NCBI GenBank assembly: GCA_963805855.1
Contig: CAWDVW010000005.1
Span: forward strand, 128,001-192,000
Source of the DNA: Candidatus Dadabacteria bacterium
GTDB taxonomy: Bacteria > Desulfobacterota_D > UBA1144 > Nemesobacterales > CSP1-2
Length of the DNA stretch: 64,000 nucleotides
Direction: 5' to 3'
Made by a program: the position numbers and the translations under genes. Below the pieces are notes generated by a model, which worked only from the letters and a program-made list of their open reading frames with translations, was not told the DNA's origin and searched no databases. Of this stretch, positions 1 through 11,135 are shown piece after piece; position 1 is the first letter of the stretch; the number at the start of each line of letters is the position of its first letter.

Positions 1-1
1 G

Positions 2-772
2 ATATTTATCGATTCAAAAAAAGCGTATCAGGAAATATCGAATTATTTAGACGCTAACAACATTAAAACGCATATTGAGCTATACACAAAAAGCACTCCC
101 TTATTTATCGACTATGGAATAGAACAAGAAATAAAAAAGATTATCGATAGAAAAGTGTGGCTTAAATCGGGAGGCTATCTTATAATAGAGGAAGCGGAGG
201 CCCTGACGGTAATAGACGTGAATAGTGGAAGATACACAGGTGGGATTACTCATCATGAAACAATTTTTGACATAAACATGGAGGCTGCTCACGAAGCAGC
301 ATATCAAATAAGGTTGAGAAACCTTGTAGGTATCATAGTGATAGATTTTATCGATATTAAGAGCCTCCAAAAAAGAAAGGAGATTTATAGAAAATTTATT
401 GAATCACTCAAGGAAGATAGGGCCCGTTCAGTAGTTCTTGATATGTCATCCTTCTGTGTTGTTCAATTGACCCGTCAGCGCATGAGAGAAAGCCTACTAA
501 CCCAGCTCACCGACCAGTGCAACCACTGTGGGGGGACTGGATATGTCAAATCGATAGAAACGATTTCATATGAAATTATAAGAGAAATAACTAGCCGCAT
601 CTCAAAACGAGTTGTAAATAAAATCATTATCACGGCAAATCAGGACGTGACATCGTACCTTAAGGAATTTGAAGGAAATAACCTGAAAAAGCTGGCCACG
701 AAGCATGGAGTCGAATTTATTTGTGACTCTAGAGACAACTTACAAGATGAATACGAAATAAACATTCAATAA
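2..772 (+). CDS. rng: Ribonuclease G (Rne/Rng family), 5'-truncated by the window edge
   Basis: Frame is open from base 2. Contains WLKSGGYLIIE, TVIDVNSGRY, IRLRNLVGIIVIDFID and the Zn-link CNHCGGTG. Confidence 0.93.
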   Translation: MFIDSKKAYQEISNYLDANNIKTHIELYTKSTPLFIDYGIEQEIKKIIDRKVWLKSGGYLIIEEAEALTVIDVNSGRYTGGITHHETIFDINMEAAHEAAYQIRLRNLVGIIVIDFIDIKSLQKRKEIYRKFIESLKEDRARSVVLDMSSFCVVQLTRQRMRESLLTQLTDQCNHCGGTGYVKSIETISYEIIREITSRISKRVVNKIIITANQDVTSYLKEFEGNNLKKLATKHGVEFICDSRDNLQDEYEINIQ

Positions 773-787
773 AACTATTATATTGGT

Positions 788-816
788 TTGACACCCCCTT
801 TTTTATTGCTTAATGT
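788..816 (+). promoter_or_regulatory. Sigma70-type promoter for rpsU
   Basis: TTGACA (788-793), 17-bp spacer, TAATGT (811-816); GAGGA RBS before the ATG at 851. Confidence 0.6.
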
Positions 817-850
817 TTAGTTATTATTAGATACAAGAGGATTATGCTCG

Positions 851-1045
851 ATGGCAGAAGTAATAATTGGGAAAAACGAAACCATAGACAACGCCCTGAG
901 AAGATTTAAAAAAATGGTCGAAAGAGAAGGGATACTCTCTGAGATCAAGAAGAGGAATTACTATGAAAAACCAAGTGAAAGAAAGAAAAAAAGGGCGCGT
1001 GCGGCAAAAATAAGATCAATGAAAAAAACACGTAGTAATAGGTAA
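851..1045 (+). CDS. rpsU: 30S ribosomal protein S21
   Basis: 64 aa basic protein with IDNALRRFKK and YYEKPSERKK motifs. Confidence 0.97.
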   Translation: MAEVIIGKNETIDNALRRFKKMVEREGILSEIKKRNYYEKPSERKKKRARAAKIRSMKKTRSNR

Positions 1046-1806
1046 TGCATATACCCCTGATCTCCTGCTTTATAATCTCATTTTTTTTGCTCAATATTTC
1101 TGGATGCGACAACAACACCGAGAAAAGCACAATTCTTGAGAACACAGGCAAAAACTCGCCCGAAATTGAAATTAGTGGACAAGACACAGAGTCAATCGAC
1201 CGTAATACAGAAACAGAATTTCAAGAACAAGTCGACGAAAAACTAAATCACCGCCCAGTGGTAAAGTCCATTAGGATTGAACCCATCTTGGGAAATGACA
1301 CGAGTAACGCATTCAGAGCGATCGTGGAGGCAAAAGATCCAGATGACGATGTTATAAGCTTCGGATATCAGTGGAAGCTCGATGGAGAAGATATCCCAGG
1401 TGCTACGGATGAGATGTTAGAATGGCGTGAAGACTTCAAAAAGGGATCAGTTATCTCGGTTGGCGTAATTCCCTTCGATGGTAAAGATGAAGGGGTCTGG
1501 AAGGCAGAGGGAAGTTTTACAATTCCAAACGCCCCGCCAATAATAACATCTGAGCCATTGCCGAGGATAGAGGACGGGAAACTTAGTTATGTTTTAAAGG
1601 CTGACGATCCTGATGGCGATCCAATTGAATATACACTAAAGAATGCCCCCAGAGGTATGACGATCGAACCTGCGACAGGGTTGATAACCTGGGAGTTTGG
1701 AGAAGCGGATATAGGTGAACACATGGTAGAAATCATAGTCACAGACTCTGAGGGTGCCAGAACATCTCAGATGCTTACTCTCAATATTTCCCCTCAAAAT
1801 CAATGA
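1045..1806 (+). CDS. Putative lipoprotein with Ig-like/cadherin-like domains
   Basis: Signal peptide ending ISG-C; two DPDxD motifs; NAPPIITS...DDPDGDPIEY...PRGMTIEPATGLITW typical of putative Ig domains. Confidence 0.75.
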   Translation: MHIPLISCFIISFFLLNISGCDNNTEKSTILENTGKNSPEIEISGQDTESIDRNTETEFQEQVDEKLNHRPVVKSIRIEPILGNDTSNAFRAIVEAKDPDDDVISFGYQWKLDGEDIPGATDEMLEWREDFKKGSVISVGVIPFDGKDEGVWKAEGSFTIPNAPPIITSEPLPRIEDGKLSYVLKADDPDGDPIEYTLKNAPRGMTIEPATGLITWEFGEADIGEHMVEIIVTDSEGARTSQMLTLNISPQNQ

Positions 1807-2014
1807 TCCCTGATTACACAAGTCATCACAAGGCGTGACCAGTTAATCAATATTAGAAAAATGTGACTGGAACTCCCCACAAATATTCAATGACAGGCCG
1901 GGGAGCCAAGTAATAAAAACAGAAATGCAAGATGAATATCATTACTATAAAAATTATAACTATCTGATATAATTGTTTACCTGATCATCAATTTCGCATG
2001 GTATAAAAGGAGGC

Positions 2015-2431
2015 GTGATGAAGAAAAAAATAGCTTCAGGGATGTTTATAGAAAAAAACATCCAAACTACACCAGAGATGGCCGCATCGCGATTCCATGA
2101 AAGCTCCCCCCGAGTACTTTCAACACCATCCCTTGTAGCATTTATGCAAACTACATGCGCCGACATGATGGCTCCATTCCTAGAGAGTAACGAGATGGCG
2201 GTAAGCACGAAAATCGAGATGAACCATCTTGGATCGACTCCCATAGGAATGCCTATAACTATCAGGGCTGAAATAATTAGGATCGACGATAAGCGGATTA
2301 ACTTCAAAGTAGAGGCATTTGATGACATGGAAAAAATAGCGTCAGCACATAATGATATGTATATAATAGATGAAGAGAGATTTGAGAGAGGAATAAAAAG
2401 GAAACTAGGCAAAACGCAAGCAAAGGCTTAA
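2015..2431 (+). CDS. FlK-like hotdog-fold thioesterase
   Basis: VLSTPSLVAFMQ and HLGSTPIG pattern of the fluoroacetyl-CoA thioesterase family; AGGAGG RBS. Confidence 0.8.
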   Translation: MMKKKIASGMFIEKNIQTTPEMAASRFHESSPRVLSTPSLVAFMQTTCADMMAPFLESNEMAVSTKIEMNHLGSTPIGMPITIRAEIIRIDDKRINFKVEAFDDMEKIASAHNDMYIIDEERFERGIKRKLGKTQAKA

Positions 2432-2495
2432 TCAAGCAGAAATTATGGCTTCGACCTTTTAAAAAATATCTCAAAAGTTGTTTATAATTCGAAAT

Positions 2496-3512
2496 TCATT
2501 TTTTAATTTCTTTAATTATTGCATCTCTCATTTGAGTAGTCGTTGCTTTTCCCCCCATATCCCTCGTTAGAAAGTTTCCTTGCGAAAGAACTTTGGCTAT
2601 TGCTTTTTCTATTGCCCTTGCTTCTCTGATTTTACCTATATGCCTTAGCAAAAGTGCCCCAGATAGAGTTACGGCAATAGGATTTGCCAGGTTCTTGCCA
2701 GCGATATCAGGGGCATTTCCATGAGCTGCCTCAAATACTGCGCACTCAGCTCCTATATTTGCTCCTGGCGCAAATCCAAGCCCGCCAACAAGCCCGGCAC
2801 ATATCTCTGACACTATATCACCATATAGATTCTCGGTTAACACGACATCAAAAATACTCGGATTAAGAACTAATTGCATGCACGCATTATCAATTATCAT
2901 CTCTTCATACTCAATGTCAGGATATTTCTTTGCCACGCCTCTCACACAATCCAGGAACAAACCGTCACTTAGTTTCATTATATTGGCTTTATGAAGGACG
3001 GTTACCTTTTTCCTTTTTTGTCTTTTCGCGTAACTAAAAGCGAAATCTGCGATTTTATTCGATGCAGTTTCAGTGATGACCTTTAAGGTCTCTACAACAC
3101 CAGGGGCAATCTGATACTCGAGGCCAGAGTAAAGATCCTCCGTATTTTCTCTTACGACTACTATATCAACATCCTGATACCTCGACTTAACTCCAGGGAA
3201 GCTTTTTACAGGTCTTAAGTTGGCGTAAAGATTAAGTGTCTTTCTAGTTAATACGTTGACGCTTTTAAAACCCTTTCCAACCGGTGTGCCTACCGGGCCC
3301 TTCAGAGCTACTTTATTTCTTTTTATCGAATCAAAAACAATTTCAGGGATAGCGGTTTTATACTTCTCAATCGATTCCTCACCTGCAGGGACTAACTCCC
3401 ACTTAATTTTCACACCGGTAGCATCAATTATTCTTCTTGCTGCGTCAGTTACCTCAGGTCCGATGCCATCACCAGGAACTAAGGTCACCCTTTTAATACT
3501 ATTTTTTTTCAT
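2496..3512 (-). CDS. idh: Isocitrate/isopropylmalate dehydrogenase family, probably NAD-dependent isocitrate dehydrogenase
   Basis: PGDGIGPEV, RENTEDLY, HKANIMK, ENLYGDI, HGNAPDIAG. Confidence 0.85.
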   Translation of the reverse strand: MKKNSIKRVTLVPGDGIGPEVTDAARRIIDATGVKIKWELVPAGEESIEKYKTAIPEIVFDSIKRNKVALKGPVGTPVGKGFKSVNVLTRKTLNLYANLRPVKSFPGVKSRYQDVDIVVVRENTEDLYSGLEYQIAPGVVETLKVITETASNKIADFAFSYAKRQKRKKVTVLHKANIMKLSDGLFLDCVRGVAKKYPDIEYEEMIIDNACMQLVLNPSIFDVVLTENLYGDIVSEICAGLVGGLGFAPGANIGAECAVFEAAHGNAPDIAGKNLANPIAVTLSGALLLRHIGKIREARAIEKAIAKVLSQGNFLTRDMGGKATTTQMRDAIIKEIKK

Positions 3513-3648
3513 TGCTCAAGCGTACAGTATTTCAAATTTAGTTTAATGGAACTTCAGGCAAATCCAAATTTAAAAGCCATATCAAAGAAATCAATTTGAT
3601 CTTTACCAAGCGTCAATTATATTAATCGACAAACGGAGAGGACATATC

Positions 3649-4074
3649 ATGAATGAAGGAAAAATGGTAAGCGTCAATCATATTGCAATTGCAGTTCGAA
3701 ATATAGAGGATGCAGAAAAGCTGTATGAGAGTGCCCTGGGTCTCAAAGTAACTCATAGAGAAGTCGTTGAAGAACAAGGTGTTAGGGCTTCAATGCTTGA
3801 GACAGATGGTGGAGATACTGCGATTGAACTGTTAGAACCGATCGGAAACAACTCACCCATATACAAATTCTTGGAAAAAAGCGGAGAGGGCATTCATCAC
3901 ATTTGCTTTAAGGTAGATGACATAGAATCGGCACTTGAGAGGCTAAAGAAACAGGGTATTAAATTAATTAATGAAGCGCCCCGACCTGGCGTAGATGGAA
4001 CGAAAGTGGCATTTTTACACCCCAAAGCTCTAAACGGTGTGTTGATTGAGCTGGCAGAACTGCCTAAAGACTGA
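3649..4074 (+). CDS. mce: Methylmalonyl-CoA epimerase
   Basis: HIAIAV, IELLEP, GEGIHHICF, FLHPKALNGVLIEL. Confidence 0.9.
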   Translation: MNEGKMVSVNHIAIAVRNIEDAEKLYESALGLKVTHREVVEEQGVRASMLETDGGDTAIELLEPIGNNSPIYKFLEKSGEGIHHICFKVDDIESALERLKKQGIKLINEAPRPGVDGTKVAFLHPKALNGVLIELAELPKD

Positions 4075-4262
4075 TCCTATTAAACCATCCCCGGTTCCAT
4101 GCTAAAACAACTCTTCGATAATTCTCTCGGCGCGAATTTTTTATCAATTCCATATGCCCGGAGAGATAATGAAGCTCAACTGCTTTTGTTTCATGAGTGA
4201 TTATTTAGTGGGATTATGAAGTGGGTATGGCTTAAAATGAAATTTATTGCTAAATCCTTTTA

Positions 4263-4493
4263 TTATTTTGTATCTGTAGGTTTCTTGGGAGCCTGAAATT
4301 CGGTTTCCCGTGTTTTGTTATCTTCCTTTGGCGGCGTAATATCGATTTCGTCAGGCTCTTTCAAGGATTTTCTAAAACCCTTTATTCCCTTCCCAAGCGC
4401 AGAACCAAGGTCACCTAATCTACTGGGACCAAAAATTAGGAGCAGTATTACCAGAATAATAACAAGTTCCCACACGCCTAGACCGCCAATCAT
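4263..4493 (-). CDS. tatA: Twin-arginine translocase TatA/TatE
   Basis: WELVIIL...LIFGPSRL...[10 protein letters not shown]. Confidence 0.93.
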   Translation of the reverse strand: MIGGLGVWELVIILVILLLIFGPSRLGDLGSALGKGIKGFRKSLKEPDEIDITPPKEDNKTRETEFQAPKKPTDTK

Positions 4494-4589
4494 GATTCTA
4501 CCTCCGAGTATAAAGTACCGATTACACTCGGGAATGTCAATATAGAATATTCTGACCGAATTTTTAAGAAATTTGTAAGGAAGTGACGC

Positions 4590-5741
4590 TTAATTGCCCA
4601 AGAATTCGCCTATAGGATTGAGCGACTCAATATGATCACATACTATCTTGAATATAACCGTCATTGGAACTGCAATTAGAGCTCCCGGAATGCCCCAGAT
4701 CCAACCCCAAAATATTAGAGAAAGAAAAATGATTACTGGATTAACCGCAAACCTCCTACCATGTATCAAAGGAGTAATAATGTTACCTTCAATCGCCGTT
4801 AGCAGTAAATATGAAAATGGTACAAGAATTACATGTCCTAAATCTTCAAAAGTAATGAACGAAACAATTGCAACAATAACTATTCCTGTTAAAGATCCGA
4901 TATAAGGAATATAATTTAGCAGACCAGCAATGACACCCCAAAGTATCGGATTTGGCATCTTTAACAGAAACATTGCGAATCCAATCGCCGAACCCAGACA
5001 GATATTTATTATTGTTACTGTTATCAAATAAGCGGAAATATCTCTCTCTGTTTGACGAGCAATTTCCACCGCTTGTTTCTTGTCTTTGAGTCTAGGTAAC
5101 AGCCTGACAAGCTTAAGTAGGAAAAGATCGCCTGAGGCAAGTAAAAAGAAAAGAAGAGTGATTACCAAAACTATTCCGATGATTAAATCCCTTGTCTGGC
5201 TGAACAGTATCTCACCATAGGTAGGTTCCTTAACTTCAACAGTCTGGGATTCTTTTTCTTTCTCTATTTTAGTTAATTGCTGAGCCTGTTCCGTTACCTT
5301 TGTGACTTCCTCAACGGGTTTCTTCAATTTGCGAAGTTTGTATTCGATATTGCTAAAACTCTCGGGAGCCTTCGCGATCCACTCGGTAGCGGGACCGGAA
5401 AGCCTGTAAAAACCAAAACCTATTGTTCCGATTAATACTACGAGCAAAAATGCTGAGCTTACTGTCTCCGGAATTTTGAGTTGCTTCATTCCCCGTACCA
5501 CAGGTGCAAATAAAAAACTCAGTAGCAATGATAATACTATCGGTAAGATAACAGCGCGGGCGAAATAAAGTGTATATATAGACGCGAACATAAAAGTACC
5601 AGTTAGGGCAATAGAACGGACGCTCAACGAATCTCGATGTAAATCCAAAACTTTTATATTTTGAGGACTATTCGGTATTGAATCTTCGTCTCTCTCGTCA
5701 CTTCGGGATGTGAGCTTGTCAACCATATTTTGGCTCCACAA
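4590..5741 (-). CDS. AI-2E family transporter (start may be ATG at 5726)
   Basis: Multi-TM protein with NYIPYIG, EGNIITP and WGWIWGIPGALIAVP. Confidence 0.9.
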   Translation of the reverse strand: MWSQNMVDKLTSRSDERDEDSIPNSPQNIKVLDLHRDSLSVRSIALTGTFMFASIYTLYFARAVILPIVLSLLLSFLFAPVVRGMKQLKIPETVSSAFLLVVLIGTIGFGFYRLSGPATEWIAKAPESFSNIEYKLRKLKKPVEEVTKVTEQAQQLTKIEKEKESQTVEVKEPTYGEILFSQTRDLIIGIVLVITLLFFLLASGDLFLLKLVRLLPRLKDKKQAVEIARQTERDISAYLITVTIINICLGSAIGFAMFLLKMPNPILWGVIAGLLNYIPYIGSLTGIVIVAIVSFITFEDLGHVILVPFSYLLLTAIEGNIITPLIHGRRFAVNPVIIFLSLIFWGWIWGIPGALIAVPMTVIFKIVCDHIESLNPIGEFLGN

Positions 5742-6151
5742 ATGCGTGATTGTACATCATCAAAATCAATTAATAAAATTGAGAGTGTAGAAATACAAAT
5801 GATCAACTAACTCAAATTCAGCAGATTGTTTAATCCGTAGTCACGAAATATATTATCTTTTTATGCTGCTTGTTGATAATTAATTGATTTTCGAAGTAAG
5901 AAAATCGAATTATCGCTTCTTTATTATTTTATCATTGCACGAAAACGATAATTAATTTTTGAATTACTTTTTTTATATCAGGAAATTCACTTCAAAATAT
6001 TTCGCAAATAGTCCTAAATCATAAATTCACAAAATTTAAACTCAGTAAAACAAATAAAGAATTTTTTCGTTTAGAAAAAAACCTATTGCAAATTATAAAA
6101 ATATTTATTACAATGGACTTAAATTTAATTAAATTCTTAAAGGAGGATGGC

Positions 6152-6400
6152 ATGGCAAAGGCCAAATCAAGTAGCAAGAAAGCCGCTACTAAAACTAAGA
6201 AGGCTGCTAGCAAGTCGAAGAGCTCGAAGGTAAAATCTGCAGCAAAGAAAACTGCAGCCAAGAAGAAAACTGCAGCCAAGAAGAAAACTGCAGCCAAGAA
6301 GAAAACTACAGCTAAGAAGAAAACTACAGCTAAGAAGAAAACTACAGCTAAGAAGAAAACTACAGCTAAGAAGAAAACTACAGCTAAGAAGAAAAGGTAG
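6152..6400 (+). CDS. Histone H1-like Lys/Ala/Thr-rich basic protein (82 aa)
   Basis: AGGAGG at 6141-6146 before ATG 6152; MAKAKSSSKKAATK followed by KKKT(A/T)A repeats; no acidic residues. Confidence 0.8.
   Translation: MAKAKSSSKKAATKTKKAASKSKSSKVKSAAKKTAAKKKTAAKKKTAAKKKTTAKKKTTAKKKTTAKKKTTAKKKTTAKKKR
6245..6397 (+). repeat. 18-bp coding tandem repeat
   Basis: AAGAAGAAAACTGCAGCC x2 plus a partial copy, then AAGAAGAAAACTACAGCT x5 plus a partial copy. Confidence 0.97.
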
Positions 6401-6632
6401 TTTTTTCAAAGTTCAAGGAAGTATAAAAACCTCATCAGGTTGTGCTTCCCAATATTAGAATACGCAAACGCTAGATTACTAGGCTATCTCTAGTAGCGGG
6501 GGGGTTGCTTTCAATTACAAAAATAATCTAATGATAAACCGCTCGTATCCAAGTAATCTCAAACTCCAATCGCTATTAAAGCATGAAATATACAAGGAAG
6601 AAGATTTGCAACCGCATGCTGGTATTTGTTTA

Positions 6633-7469
6633 TCACCAATTAGAATCCCCCTTTGATCCTTTATAATACTGCATTGCCTCTGGTAACCACTGTTTCAGAT
6701 TGTTTATCCTTGTGCCATAACTCGGGTGTGTAGAGAGAAATTCTGGGGGAGCAGGACCACCACCCGATTCACTCTGCATCTTCTCCCAAAAAGCAATCGC
6801 CTCTTTAGGGTCGTACCCGGCTTCAGCCATATAAATTAAGCCAATTCTATCCGCCTCGGCCTCCTGAGTACGACTAAATGGCAGTATCCCGCCAACATTA
6901 ACACCGACTCCATACGCACTCATAATCGCACTCATGACTGCCGGATTCTGACTCCCTAAAGCAGCTTGTAGTCCTGTGGCGCCAAGATTAGCGAGAATAC
7001 CAGCTGACGCTCTTTCGGCACCATGATGTGCGGCAACGTGAGCAACCTCGTGGCCTATGACCGTAGCAAGAGCCGCATCACTGTTAGCAACACGGAACAT
7101 ACCTGTATAGACCCCAATCTTACCACCTGGAAGGGCAAAAGCATTGACGACATCATCACCTTTAATAACCCTGTATTCCCAATCATGGTTTGCTGTATCC
7201 GCTACGCTTACAATTCTCGAACTAACTCTAGTTAATCGGCTTTTGTACTGAGGATTGTTTGAAACTCCCTCTTCTTTTATGACCTCTTGGAAGGCTGCAT
7301 TTCCCATTTGTGATGCCTCCTGGGGAGACACGAGAATAAGCTGGGATCTTCCTGTTATAGGTGCTGTTTGACAAGAAATCAAAATGGAAAGAAGGCCAAT
7401 TAGAATTAAAATCAGAGTCGAGAAAGCCATCTTTTCTGTCACTCTAAATTTCAATAATTGTGTAACCAT
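6633..7469 (-). CDS. M48 family zinc metallopeptidase, probable lipoprotein
   Basis: NAFALPGG, HEVAH, SRTQEAEAD, FLSTHP; LISC lipobox; GGAGG RBS supports the start at 7469 rather than 7592. Confidence 0.9.
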   Translation of the reverse strand: MVTQLLKFRVTEKMAFSTLILILIGLLSILISCQTAPITGRSQLILVSPQEASQMGNAAFQEVIKEEGVSNNPQYKSRLTRVSSRIVSVADTANHDWEYRVIKGDDVVNAFALPGGKIGVYTGMFRVANSDAALATVIGHEVAHVAAHHGAERASAGILANLGATGLQAALGSQNPAVMSAIMSAYGVGVNVGGILPFSRTQEAEADRIGLIYMAEAGYDPKEAIAFWEKMQSESGGGPAPPEFLSTHPSYGTRINNLKQWLPEAMQYYKGSKGDSNW

Positions 7470-7905
7470 AATAACCCTCCTAGGTAGATATTTATTATTA
7501 TAACACTGTAGAAAAATAAAATGGGATAGAATCCACATACAAAAACTTCTTAAGCATTTCATAGGAAACAATTTATCGACAACTGAAGACATTGCTTACA
7601 AGTTGAAATTATCTTATTTAAAATAATAAATCAATCTTTAGCTCTTAAATTTAGCAGAAGAAATGGTATTCCTATGACTCCATCAAAGAGCTTGTCTTTA
7701 ATCCGGTCAAACCTAATATCGTCTCGAGAGACAAGGATGGAATTATTATCGAACGGATTGCGTCCATTAATGCAATTAATGTATAGGACAAGCATTGGAC
7801 TTGCATATTAATCTTTTCCTATTTTATGGTTTTATAATAGGTTATGCTCAAAAATTGATAAATTCCCCTTATTGCGATTAAACTATTACAATCCTCGAAA
7901 GGAGC

Positions 7906-9321
7906 ATGCGTATGAAAGTCAATTTTTTCGAACAAGTATCAAAAAACTTCGATAAGGCGTCACAATACACAAAATATCCGTCTGGATTACTCGACCAGAT
8001 AAAAATATGCAATTGTGTTTTACACGTAACTTTCCCCATAAAGAAAGATGATGGCTCAATAGAAGTAATCGACGGATGGAGAGCCCAACACAGTCATCAT
8101 AAACTTCCAACGAAAGGTGGAATTAGATACAGCCCTAATGTAAATGAAGATGAAGTAATGGCGCTGGCGGCCTTAATGACATATAAATGTGCGATAGTAG
8201 ATGTTCCATTCGGAGGGGCTAAGGGTGCAATTAAAATCGATAGACGAAAATACTCGGAAAGCGAGATAGAGAGAATAACAAGAAGATATACATACAAATT
8301 GACAAAGAAAAATTTCATAGGTCCGGCAATCGATGTTCCCGCCACGGATTACGGAACCCGTCAGCAGGAAATGTCGTGGATACTTGACACATATAAGGCA
8401 CTCACACCGACTGAAATGGACACTATAGCCTGTGTGACAGGTAAACCCGTACCTCAGGGAGGAATCCGGGGCAGAGTGGAAGCGACAGGCCGAGGAGTAT
8501 GCTATGGAATAAAAGAGGCATGCAATGTTTCTGCGGACATGAAAAAAATAGGCCTTGAAAATGGCATAGAAGGAAAGACCGTAGTCGTTCAAGGGCTCGG
8601 AAACGTCGGATATCATGCAGCAAAATTCTTACAGGAGGAAGGGGCATTAATAGTTGGTCTGGCAGAAGTTGAAGGCGCAATTTACAACCCAGAGGGATTC
8701 AATGTCGATATAGTGATGCAACATCGACAAGAAACAAAATCGATTCTCGGTTTTCCAAAGGCGGAAAACATTCATGACAGTTCGAAAGCACTGGAATTAA
8801 AATGCGATATTTTAGTCCCGGCTGCCCTTGAGAACCAAATTACTTTGGAAAATGTAAAGAACATTAAAGCGAAAATCGTAGCCGAAGCCGCCAATGGCCC
8901 TGTAACACCCGAAGCAAATGATATTTTGTTCAATCAAGGCGTCCTGATACTCCCTGATATTTACCTCAACGCTGGGGGAGTCACGGTTTCCTATTTCGAA
9001 TGGCTGAAGAATCTTTCCCATGTTCGATTCGGACGAATGGACAAAAAGTTAGAAGAGAACATAAATACAAGGATTTTAAAGGCCATAGAGGCTCAAACAG
9101 ATAAAAGATTTGATATGGAAACGTTTGTAAATCTTGCCAGGGGTGCCAATGAGGAAGACATTGTAAATTCAGGATTGGAAGAAACAATGGTGAACGCTTA
9201 TAATGAGATTAGAGAGATTCGAAGTAAACACAAAAATAAAATCGACTTGCGAGCTGCGGGTCTCATAAGCGCCATCAACAAAATTGCTACCTCGTACATG
9301 GAGCAGGGCATTTTCCCTTAG
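7906..9321 (+). CDS. gdhA: Glutamate dehydrogenase (Glu/Leu/Phe/Val family)
   Basis: [37 protein letters not shown]. Confidence 0.92.
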   Translation: MRMKVNFFEQVSKNFDKASQYTKYPSGLLDQIKICNCVLHVTFPIKKDDGSIEVIDGWRAQHSHHKLPTKGGIRYSPNVNEDEVMALAALMTYKCAIVDVPFGGAKGAIKIDRRKYSESEIERITRRYTYKLTKKNFIGPAIDVPATDYGTRQQEMSWILDTYKALTPTEMDTIACVTGKPVPQGGIRGRVEATGRGVCYGIKEACNVSADMKKIGLENGIEGKTVVVQGLGNVGYHAAKFLQEEGALIVGLAEVEGAIYNPEGFNVDIVMQHRQETKSILGFPKAENIHDSSKALELKCDILVPAALENQITLENVKNIKAKIVAEAANGPVTPEANDILFNQGVLILPDIYLNAGGVTVSYFEWLKNLSHVRFGRMDKKLEENINTRILKAIEAQTDKRFDMETFVNLARGANEEDIVNSGLEETMVNAYNEIREIRSKHKNKIDLRAAGLISAINKIATSYMEQGIFP

Positions 9322-9355
9322 AATCGAAGTCCTGACTTTGCCGAAAATCTTAATA

Positions 9356-10792
9356 TCATAAGAGAGAACTGAATAATCGACAAAAATTTTCGCTAAACCG
9401 AATATAATACGGCCTTCGTAAAAATTCATCCGGAGCGAGCTCGCGACTGTTCTCAAGATCCGAGAGAAAAACCTTGGTGGCAGCATTAGCAAAATCACGG
9501 CTGTACACGTTAACATTGACCTCGAATGAATAACTGAAACTGCGCATATCGACATTTGCGGAGCCAATAACAACAATCTCCCCATCGACCACAAGCATCT
9601 TGGCGTGTATGATTCCCTTCATATATTCGAAAATTTTCACGCCACATTTCAAAAGGTCTTCATAATACGAACGACCAGCTAGCAGTACAAACCTGTGATC
9701 CGAACTCTTCGGAAGCAGCAATACTACATCGACTCCCCGCATTGCAGCAGTCTGCAGGGCTGTAATTATTGTTTGATCAGGAACGAAATAGGGGGTAGTT
9801 AAATACACTGATTTTTTTGCCTTGGTAATAGCGGTGAAGAACACCTTTTGAATAGCGTCTCCAGTTTCATCAGGTCCGCTTGGAACCACCTGAGCCATGT
9901 AATCCCCTTTGGAGTTAACTGGCAAAAAGTAACTATGTGACAAGAGGTCTTCGCCGGTCGCAAAATACCAATCTTCAAAGAAAAGCCACTGTAACTGTAT
10001 GACTGCCGGCCCTTTGATCATGATATGAGTATCGCGCCAACACTTGCCGTCCTGATTTAAAAAATTCTCGCCTATGTTTATACCGCCCGTAAACCCGATA
10101 TTATTGTCAGCGATGAGTATCTTGCGGTGATTTCGCAGGTTTATATTCCAGGGTTTAAAAAAAGTCCTGATTGGTAGAAAGTCCATGGGTTCGATACCGG
10201 CTTCGCGAAAACCTTCAAGAAACTTCCAACTCCATCCTAATTTATGGGATCCAATAGCGTCATATAGAAAATGCACTTTAACGCCCTGACGAGCTTTATC
10301 CGCTAACAAATCCCTAAATCTAGCACCCACCTTATCTGGATAAAAGATATAATATTCCAAACTGATTTGATGCTCCGCTCCTATTATCGCTTCTTCCATT
10401 TTCTGATAGGTTTCCTCAGCATCTACTAGGATTTTCACTTCATTTTTACCAACCGGAGTAAAGAGGCTTAATTCACTGCTAATTCGCATAATATCCCGAA
10501 TTCCCTCAGATAACTTACTACTTGCGTCTGGCAACTTCTTTGATGCCCAAGTCTCCTTTAGATCCGCAAGCTTTGTCCTGAGCCTAAGATTAGAGGCGAG
10601 TTTTTGCTTACCCTTATTTGTAATACGTTCAGTTCCAACTAGCAAGTACAAAAATGCGCCTACGAATGGAAGAAAAAGAATAGCCATAATCCAGGCAATG
10701 GCTGAACTCGGTCTCTTCTTTTGTGTTATCACCACGGGAAGAAGAAGAAAAGTTAGAAAGTACAAGATTAGAGCTATAGTATTCAGCAACAT
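9356..10792 (-). CDS. cls: Cardiolipin synthase
   Basis: Two N-terminal TM helices and two HKD motifs (NHRKILIAD, HAKMLVVD). Confidence 0.93.
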   Translation of the reverse strand: MLLNTIALILYFLTFLLLPVVITQKKRPSSAIAWIMAILFLPFVGAFLYLLVGTERITNKGKQKLASNLRLRTKLADLKETWASKKLPDASSKLSEGIRDIMRISSELSLFTPVGKNEVKILVDAEETYQKMEEAIIGAEHQISLEYYIFYPDKVGARFRDLLADKARQGVKVHFLYDAIGSHKLGWSWKFLEGFREAGIEPMDFLPIRTFFKPWNINLRNHRKILIADNNIGFTGGINIGENFLNQDGKCWRDTHIMIKGPAVIQLQWLFFEDWYFATGEDLLSHSYFLPVNSKGDYMAQVVPSGPDETGDAIQKVFFTAITKAKKSVYLTTPYFVPDQTIITALQTAAMRGVDVVLLLPKSSDHRFVLLAGRSYYEDLLKCGVKIFEYMKGIIHAKMLVVDGEIVVIGSANVDMRSFSYSFEVNVNVYSRDFANAATKVFLSDLENSRELAPDEFLRRPYYIRFSENFCRLFSSLL

Positions 10793-11135
10793 ATGTAGTG
10801 CATTGTCTTATTTTTTATCCGAAAATCAAGTAATGCTGAGTCGCATTGCTTAGATTCATTAGGGAAACAACTCCGGATTTTAATTATATTCTTACCATGG
10901 TAATTCTATCACACTTTTAAACATTTTCTCGCTACACAGCGAACTGAAGACCTTTGGGGATAACATATAGTACTAATTTCTTTATCTCCAGAAACAGGAT
11001 ATATTTACACAACAGAAGTCAGTGACGATGAAAACATGGCTATTGTTATGAGGAATGAAATTTCTACCGAATAAAAATGAATAAGATCTGAGAAAAGCTA
11101 TGGAAGCTAGCAAACGCTTAAATTACTGAATTCAA

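Noticed and set aside
6245..6397. CRISPR-like array
   Set aside because: Contiguous coding repeats with no spacers and no cas genes.
6019..6409. Minus-strand ORFs with AAVFFL or SCSFLL repeats
   Set aside because: Antisense shadows of the 18-bp repeat in the histone-like gene.
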